Of a DNA stretch of 10,929 bases, positions 1 to 7,126 are shown piece by piece. The DNA comes from Amoeboradix gromovi X-113 (lineage: Eukaryota; Fungi; Sanchytriomycota): assembly GCA_018985225.1 (NCBI GenBank), contig JADGIF010000325.1:1-10929 (forward strand), read 5' to 3'. The stretch's first letter is position 1. Each line of letters opens with the position of its first letter. The position numbers and the translations under genes are program-made. The notes beneath the pieces are model-generated. The model was not told the DNA's origin. It saw only the letters and a program-made list of their open reading frames with translations, and did no database searches.

Positions 1-1234
1 CAAACAATTTGTCTTCGTTTCTCAGGTCTTAATTTATAATAATAATGAATTAACATTGACATGACATTGTTACTTCCCTTCTTACCTTGACCTTCATTAT
101 AAATATAATTCAGTTGAATATTCCTTTTTTCGTCCAATATTCCAAAAACACATACATTTAACAACGACATGAAGTAAAAGGAAGCAGGTTGATTAGCAAG
201 ATGAGGTAACCATAGATTCTGAGTATAGTCAAATGAAAGATGTGTAACTTCTTCTTGTCTGGAGTCTACATGATACTCTTCTCTGGTGTGTCTTGCTTCT
301 TTCAAATGAGTTGTGAGTATTTGATTTAACTCACTCAATGTCATTTCATCTACGCATTGAGTGATTTTCAATTTGAGTTGCGTACATTCATCACAGATAT
401 CAGACTTTGGTGTTTGGATTTTGATAGGTTGTAGGTCAAAGAGTCGATTAAACTTGAATAGCTTATACTCGCTTGATTGTCTGAAAGATACAAGTTATAA
501 ATTGCTTGAATTGTATAGTGAGATGGTATGGCTGTGTATGCACTAGTATCTGTTACTAATTGTGTTATGAACTCAACAAGGTTGCTGAGTATCTGTCCGA
601 TGAGGGAACTGTTGAGACCCTGTCCGGTCAGGATTACACAGTCCCCTGCTAATATAGTTGTGGACCTGGAGTTCAATCAGATAAATTCCTCATAGGTCAC
701 AGGAGACCTAGGAGACGAGTAAGATGCGATCACTGGTAAGCACCGTGATCGTGGAAAACTATAAATAGGAACAATTCCTTTAGTAAAAAAAACTTACGAC
801 TTCAAACTCTACTTCGCCTCGAGTTAGCGAAATAGCAATAGATCCGAGTGAGGATCCGAACAGGACTTCTCGTCCAGTAGTTGGATTACTCTGATTCTCT
901 CTTCTAGCGCAGTAGACAACTGTTTTGGTACACGTTTGTTTTTTTGCTCACTTGTCCAACTTGAATAATTGATTCTAAATTTTGTTAGTTCAACATCCTT
1001 CCCTTGTAAACATTTCTTCTGACAACATCCAAGGCGAGTGGATTCATTTACCCAACTTTCTACAATTTCCGTCTGATCTTCGTCGGATTCTGAATGATTA
1101 ATAGACGACGTCATATTTTGAAACGTTTCTACGCTAGGAGATACGAAATAGCTTTCCTGTGTATTAAATGGGTTCTGATTTGACAGTAGATGAGTCAACA
1201 TCCAATCACCCCCTTTTGTTTTGAGAGGAGTCAT
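1..1234 (-). pseudogene. Disrupted Sola1-type DDD transposase (DUF7869-like), running off the left edge; pieces at about 933-1234, 452-560 and 1-451
   Basis: Hand translation of the minus strand gives N-terminal GCCQKKCLQGK...RINYSSWTSEQKNK, then AIPSHYTIQAIYNLY...ISYSS. After a 1-nt frameshift at about 450-452 it continues FNRLF...PKSDICDEC (384-410)...THLKEA...HLSFDYTQNLWLPHLANQPASFYFMSLLNVCVFGI...NYIYNEGQGKKGSNNVMSMLIHY, open to position 1. The PxxDxCxxC...H, SFDY (first catalytic D at 228-230), FG, E and KGxN motifs match Sola1-family transposases as I know them. Confidence 0.8.
563..932 (+). mobile_element. Putative solo-LTR-like insertion inside the transposase; left boundary uncertain (about 551-600)
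   Basis: A GC-richer block interrupts transposase similarity. It has TG...CA ends (TGTTATGA 563-570, TTGGTACA 925-932), an internal TATAAATA at 760-767, and hairpins at 693-710 and 727-751. No target-site duplication is visible. Confidence 0.45.
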
Positions 1235-1548
1235 TTCTATTTTGATTAAAACTAAAATTTATGGTGATTTTTTATAGATTGAAAAGATATATGTTTTGAC
1301 ATTTGACAGAAATTAACAAATGACTCTGTATTTGTAGAATTTGATACATTAATAAAAAACGACTTGAGTTAAAATGATAACTTATTTATACCAGACTTGT
1401 TAATTCCAACTGGACTGATTGAGCGAATAATACCAACCGTATATTAAGATATATTCCGGGAAATTTTTATACATTTTATAACAGAAATTGAAATAAATAA
1501 AATAAATTGTTTTCTTTTTTCTTGTCTGTTTATAGAGTAATTTGTAAC

Positions 1549-3254
1549 ATGTCGTCGATTTCTGAAATTACTTTGAGTTTGAATAAAGCAAGTATCACTA
1601 AAACTAATAGTCATAGTCACATAATGGCACAGCTAGCCAATCTAAAAAAAGATGCCCATAAGACGAAGATGCAATCAATCATCAATAGAATTGACAAAGA
1701 TTGTTTTATTTCAAAACAAAATAGTGCTTCAGTTTTTCGATTGTTGCACGATATTGTAAGAGTCTTCGACCCTGAAATACCTCCAATGCATCGCAAGAGG
1801 TTATCTAGTATTTTATTGGGATCGAAGATGACTGGCAAGTCAACAATTGTAAGTAAATTAAAGGACGCTATTAAATCAGTGTATAGTAATGCAGTGTTGA
1901 TGTTATTAGATGCCAGTGATTTAGTAACAAGAAAGCAATATACTTTGATTCCTTCGATTTTAACAGAGATTAAAAAAACATTACCCGAATTAGATCTTAG
2001 TGATGTTAGTACTGATAATATGACGGAATTTTTATCTGGTGTTAGTGCCAAATTTCCTGGATTTAAATTGCTTTTGATTATTGATGAATATCAAGAGGTT
2101 TACATTAAAAAAGCAGATACATCAAGACATGGGGAATTGGGAAATGTTAAAGGATTGATTGTAGAACTAATGCACATATCAGAGAGTGTTGGTTGTATTG
2201 GCTGGCTCACTGGAAGTTCCCAAGTATTGCGGTCATTGTATTCAAAAGGGGAGCATCGTCTTTATCATGGAATTTATGGTGATTTGAACGGTAAAAAGTA
2301 TCGACTGTGTTACTGGCTTACACTTCAAACTATTGATGATATTATAGAATTGTTTAAAATAGTAAATGAAGATGATATTGATGAGTCTGAAGCAAATAAT
2401 CGATTTCTCAAATGTGGAGGTGCAATGGGTGATTTAATTTTGGAGAATGAGACATTCACAGATGCCATGGATACTTGGGGCCCATTTGTTTGGACTATTA
2501 TATCCGTGTTTTTCTCAAAATATCACAGCGAAGACTTCCCATGGAAGTTTCAGGAAATTAATTATTCTGAATTGAAAGCTATTATTGATACAGCAAATGA
2601 AAACACTGATAACTGGTCTAATAAACGATATGTGGATGAAATTCAAGTACTCTGTGATGATTATGTTATAGAAAACAGAGGAAAAGATACCTATTGTATT
2701 GGTCATCCAGGCTATGTTTTAAATTATATTGATCTGGTTGAGAAGTACGCAAGTAATTCAAGTTCTACAAAAAGATATTTGGATTTAAGAAAAGCTCTTG
2801 AATGCGACAACATTCATTTATTTCTAGAAACAATGATTAAGGGTGTACACGATATCCCAAGTGGTGTCAATTCCAAAATTCGTGAAAACGAATCATTTGA
2901 TCACTCCATTTTTCATTTGCTATTGTGGATTTGCCATCCCAAAGGTTCATCTTTTCATTCAGAGAGACAAACGGCATCTGGTAGATCTGATTCATTTTAT
3001 TGCAACAGATTTAGACATGGAATTGAGTTTAAAGGACCCAAAATCCAGACACACTAACTGACGCAATGGCTCAAGTAAAGCGAGCTGGTTATTCTTGGAC
3101 AAGTGAAGAAAATAACAAACCAATGTTTTGGTATGCCATCAAATTTGATAAGCATAAAGCAAAATATGAGTTTAGCGTAAATGGAGATGATGAAGCACAA
3201 AAAACTGAATTATGGACTACAATATCTTCTAAAACTTCAGTTGAGTTGACATAA
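1549..3254 (+). CDS. P-loop NTPase (AAA+/STAND-like) fused to a C-terminal PD-(D/E)xK nuclease; one frameshift at about 3040-3043 (pseudogene or sequence error)
   Basis: First ATG at 1549. Walker A is GSKMTGKS (1819-1842), Walker B is LLLIIDE (2068-2088), and a downstream motif is LTGSS. The C-terminus has SERQTASGRSD (GRSD at 2980-2991) and IEFK (3022-3033). The -1 frame continues NPDTLTDAMAQVKRAGY...WYAIKFD, which resembles the A-x-x-Q-I-x-x-x-x-Y helix of PDDEXK_9-type nucleases. The joined product would be about 568 aa. Confidence 0.7.
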
Positions 3255-3555
3255 TAAATTGTTTTAATTTATATTAATATAGCCATGGTGAGGTATAAGT
3301 ACGAAAAAAATAAATTTCAGTTAAGATTTAGTCAATTTTTATATTCAACTACTTAATTAAGATATTTTATTGATCAGGTATACTGGTTTAATTTTTACAT
3401 TTGATAAAACATTTAGTGTCTAAATGTTCTTCTAATAAAAACAATTCAAGATGTGATGTTGCAATTGTGGTGGTTTAATGTATTAAGACATCAAGTCGAG
3501 TACTTGGAAAAGAAAAGAATGCACAGGAAACAAATAAATGTAATCATGACAGTAT

Positions 3556-3841
3556 TGTTATGATGACAGGAATACAAGAGAGGTATATGGTACAGTGTTT
3601 TGCAGGTTACAAAAGTTCATTAAAGTCGGATGGGGGGGTGCGAGAGAGCTATGCAGACAAGGATATATGCTAGTGCTATATGCAAGGAATACCAGCAAGA
3701 AGTATATGCCTTGGCATGGGGACTCGCTGTGCGGTGGGTGAAGATTTTGCGAGAGGGCAAAGTGAAGCGGGGGCTGGCGGTGCGAAGCATGGTGTAGTGC
3801 TCGATGGCATTTGTACCTTGAAGTTGATGGACATTGGTACA
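3556..3841. repeat. G-rich non-coding island with short imperfect internal repeats; possible LTR-like or non-autonomous element
   Basis: Sharp composition change against the very AT-rich flanks. TATATG(C/G) recurs four times at about 3584-3709, and there is an imperfect direct repeat GATGGCATTTGTAC / GATGGACATTGGTAC at 3803-3840. The block is bounded by TGTTATGA and TTGGTACA. Confidence 0.3.
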
Positions 3842-3880
3842 ATTAATTAACGTATCCATTTTGTCACCCTTGTGTTACGC

Positions 3881-4762
3881 ATGATTCTTTTGTTGCTACT
3901 ATCGATTGCAAATCTAAATGATGGTGAATGCTTTTCCGCGTTGAAAGAATGCTGCAGACATAATACGGCTAATTTATCTAGCTGTAAAGGTCTGGTATCT
4001 AATATTTTGAATAACAGTATTAGCAAATGTCCTGACGCTGAACCCGGAACACCTCTCTATGACATGTTTTGTAAATATTTAGCAACTGCTGTTAAAAGGT
4101 ATTCCTCGTCGCAAGTAAAACTTTTCTTGGAGCAACATGCAACAGCCTCAACTGTTATCGAGCTGCTTGCTGGTACGCATAATCACTTCTCAAAACCACA
4201 ATATCTGGCTGATATTTGGCCATATTTTTATTTAATACAAGAGGATAAAATTCTAGATGGCTACTCTTTTGATGGAGAAACAGTTTATAGACTATATTTG
4301 GACACCCATGTGGAAGAATCCTTGATTTACTTTAAAAACGCAGACGCAAACAGTCATAGTTTTAAGTCATTAATATTGGCAAGATACTGTTCTGCCCCTA
4401 TAGACCATCCAAAGTACGGCAGAAAAGTTGCTGTCAGTTGCTCTGATCTGAAGAGTTGTCACAAAATATCAATTAATGACTGGATATATTTGTTCTCTAC
4501 CATAACCTTTAGAGAAGTGGATACTGAACTGCTGCAGATGGCCAGAGATCATGTTAAAATTGATGATCTGTACAAAAATGAAGCTACTTTTCATAAAACC
4601 CCAATGCTGTATAACAATTTATATTTAGTATTTAGGGATGCAGAGGTCGAAAAATTAGTAAGGCATCTAAAAGGGTGTAAAAGCGAGGAAGCTGCGGAGA
4701 CTAATGTGTTAGAGATGCAACACTCAAGTAGCCAGGCTGTATTCGCCGTCCTTGATACGTGA
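3881..4762 (+). CDS. Hypothetical 293-aa protein, probably secreted, with a Cys-rich N-terminus
   Basis: Long open frame. The first ATG at 3881 gives MILLLLLSIANLNDG, a signal-peptide-like hydrophobic run, followed by six Cys in about 50 residues. TGA stop. I recognise no family. Confidence 0.7.
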   Translation: MILLLLLSIANLNDGECFSALKECCRHNTANLSSCKGLVSNILNNSISKCPDAEPGTPLYDMFCKYLATAVKRYSSSQVKLFLEQHATASTVIELLAGTHNHFSKPQYLADIWPYFYLIQEDKILDGYSFDGETVYRLYLDTHVEESLIYFKNADANSHSFKSLILARYCSAPIDHPKYGRKVAVSCSDLKSCHKISINDWIYLFSTITFREVDTELLQMARDHVKIDDLYKNEATFHKTPMLYNNLYLVFRDAEVEKLVRHLKGCKSEEAAETNVLEMQHSSSQAVFAVLDT

Positions 4763-4783
4763 GATTGATATAGCATATTTTGT

Positions 4784-6401
4784 TTACTTAGCTATAATGT
4801 ATGTATTAATCAACTGTACAACTTCAAGCGCATCAGTGCTGTTGTGCTGCTGTATTAATGCCATTCCATCTTTCAATTGGTGTAAAACTAATAAATTGCT
4901 ATTGTCTTGTATATGCATCTTTAACATTCCACAGATTGCACCTCTCTTACCATTCCAATTATCAGGATGAGGATCTACATTATACAGTATGTCAAACGCT
5001 TTCAAAGAATAATAAAATTGTCCAGTTTTGTAGCATTCATTTGCAATTAGATTCAAAAGATTAAAGCTTGAATTTGTTGTTTCCATTCGCACATACATCT
5101 CCCAAACATTTTCTGCATTGTTAGTGTGGATTACTGAGTTAATTAAAATTACAGGACTTGACAAGGCAATATAAGAATATCCAGGAATTCCTAATTTCCT
5201 GGCTTCTAATCGACTCCAAATGCTCAATTGCCTCTGCGTATTTGTTTAATTTTACCTTGATTTGTCCTGAATTGAAATGGTGAGCATCGTTGTTTATTAG
5301 ATATGTTTTTATTGATTCTAGATATATCTCGCACTCCTCATAGTTGGATTGCAGCATTAAGCAACTTGCCATGCACTGTCTACCAAGTATTGTGTTTTGC
5401 TCGCTCTCCAAAGTACCGATGCCTTGAAACAATAGAATAGCACTGTTAACAGCAGCTGAGTCTTTATGTTCTTGACCATACTCTGCCAAACACACTGCTT
5501 TCACTAGTGATTCCTCCATAAGAGCTGGTTGAATTTTATCTGCAATCTCTTTTGCGTTTTTTAATTCTTTTTTCTTCAAATGATAAAGCACGATATTACA
5601 AGCAGCCTCTGGTAGAACTTTAATACAGTCGTGCCACACCTTAATGCATTGATCATCATTCGTAAACAGCGCCATATTATGCTGCAATACCTTGTTGAAC
5701 CCGTTGGGATAGACATTGAGTAGCTCACTGATTTCAGCTTGTGCCTCTTTGATCTTGAATAGTTTATAAAAAACACAAGCACGCAAGTTACTCGCTATAA
5801 ATGAATTTTGCTGATTTATTAAGTATGTATCAATGACTGATAAGCAGCGATCATAATACTCCAGTTTATAGTAGCACATGGCTGCATAAAGATTAAGAAC
5901 ATCATAATTAGGATCATCTTGATGCATTTTTTTAAAGAACTTCAAGGATTCCTGATAGTGACCACGAACAAAGTTCATAGCAGCTAAGCAAAGCTGATCC
6001 AACGGGACATCTTCTAGTTTTGAATGATGAATCAAAACAGCGTCTTCATTGCCAATTCGCTGATAAAAATGAAGTTTTAATCTGTTTGATAACTTATTAA
6101 TTGGCAACTCCTCAATGTCCATCTTGATTTGAGAATAGTTACGCATCCAAAACTGGCATATACTGGCGTAAAGTTTAAGGTTCTCTTTAAGGATATATTG
6201 TGAATATTTTGAGCTATCCAAGTAGGATAGTTCTTTGTAGATTTTGTAAGCATCCTCATAATCTCCGAGTTCGAAATTACAGAAAGCGATCCATAGATCT
6301 CTAATAAATGTCTTTTCTTTTTCATTGTTAAATTTTAGAATAGTTCGGGCTGCTGAATAGTCAGCCTTTTCTATGAAATCCATGAAGTTGTTGAGACTCA
6401 T
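4784..6401 (-). CDS. IFT56: Intraflagellar transport protein 56 (TTC26/DYF-13), TPR protein; exons 6401-5153 and 5133-4784, 532 aa
   Basis: Motifs typical of IFT56/TTC26: DFIEKADYSAARTILKF, DQLCLAAMNFVRGHYQE, AMCYYKLEYYD, NTILGRQCMAS, WEMYVRMET, LIANECYKTGQFYYSLKAFD and WNGKRGA. Removing 5134-5152 joins the two ORFs in frame (1249+350=1599 nt). Confidence 0.95.
5134..5152 (-). other. 19-nt spliceosomal intron GTAATTTTAATTAACTCAG
   Basis: GT...AG ends, a GTAATT donor and a TTAAC branch-like motif next to the CAG acceptor. It contains the exon-1 in-frame TAA. Excision gives CLVKS-L-IHTNNAENVWEMY, collinear with the conserved WLARC-Y-IMNKKPRLAWELY. Confidence 0.88.
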
Positions 6402-6483
6402 TTTAATTAAAATGTTTGTTTCAGGCTCTGGGATTTCTTATAAAATATCAAAATGGGATCTAATTTGAAAAATGTCCCCAAAC

Positions 6484-7040
6484 CTAGGTCGTGTTAGTGC
6501 CATTGTATGCCAGCAAGTCTTTTTTCAATATGAAAAATGCACTGGCATCATCTCTTTCGAGATAGCTTGGCTGATTAGCACCTGGGCATATATTGCAATG
6601 TCCTAACCAACAATCGTTTTCATATTCTGTATTGATGTTTATAATCTCGCCTTGTTCACAAAAGGTAGCATTTGGATGTCATTCTTTAGTCTGTCATCTT
6701 CACAGTACATCACTTCTTATTCCTTATAAAATTTCATAATTTGTTGCCATGAAGATGTCGGATTCCTAATGTGGCTTCTAGGTGTTCCTCTTGTTTTATC
6801 ATTATGGGTCTCAAATGTTCGTAACTCCAAAAAATGATCTGCATACAGATAAGTAACCATTAGCGTAAGAGGTGCCCGCTTGTTGATGAGACATTTAAGA
6901 AACGACAATACTAGAATTTACTTAAAGAAAATGTTATATATCTTGGACATGGTCCATTTATTATGGAAAGACGCTGCACTCTTTGGCGCCAAAGCATCAG
7001 GAATTGGGTTACAAATTAGCTTTTTACGAACTACCGAAAC
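6484..7040 (-). pseudogene. Possible highly degenerate DNA-transposase relic (Sola2-like N-terminal region)
   Basis: Minus-strand fragments occur in order: LAPKS...WTMSKIYNIF, GTPRSHI...QQIMKFYKE*EV, and ENDCWLGHCNICPG. They are broken by stops and a frameshift. They resemble N-terminal motifs of eukaryotic Sola2-like transposases from memory, but the spacing is too short and no catalytic domain is present. Confidence 0.3.
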
Positions 7041-7126
7041 TCAAGAGCAAACCACATCTTCAAGTTCATGTTAAATAAAAATCCGAAGCTTCTGTAAGAA
7101 TAATAAATACAGATAGAAGTTTATTA

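Noticed and set aside
361-546. 61-aa plus-strand ORF
   Set aside because: It is the antisense shadow of the transposase and has a non-ATG start.
368-676. 102-aa minus-strand ORF as an independent gene
   Set aside because: It is a chimera of insert sequence, a short true transposase segment and an out-of-frame tail.
590-900. Hammerhead ribozyme in the LTR-like insert
   Set aside because: I found no CTGANGA...GAAA core with proper stems on either strand by eye.
1507-1548. TTG start and hydrophobic N-terminal extension of the NTPase ORF
   Set aside because: The context is eukaryotic and the extension is a T-rich upstream tract; ATG 1549 (or 1624) is more plausible.
1617-2706. Minus-strand ORFs 1617-2051 and 2515-2706
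   Set aside because: They are antisense to the motif-bearing NTPase gene and have no recognisable features.
2981-3048. GT-AG mini-introns (2981-3008, 3027-3048) as a fix for the nuclease frameshift
   Set aside because: Lengths of 28 and 22 nt lead into the frame that stops at 3061 and delete GRSD or EFK residues.
3558-3859. Overlapping 94-aa and 79-aa minus-strand ORFs
   Set aside because: They are probably by-products of the G/C-skewed island, with H/P/S-rich, motif-less translations. I cannot fully exclude them.
4784-5227. 147-aa ORF as a separate gene, or a programmed frameshift in IFT56
   Set aside because: It is explained as exon 2 of IFT56 through the 19-nt intron.
6640-7069. Stop-codon reassignment (TAA/TAG=Gln or TGA=Trp) to open a gene here
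   Set aside because: The fragments lie in different frames, and the long conserved genes have no in-frame stops and end in TAA or TGA.
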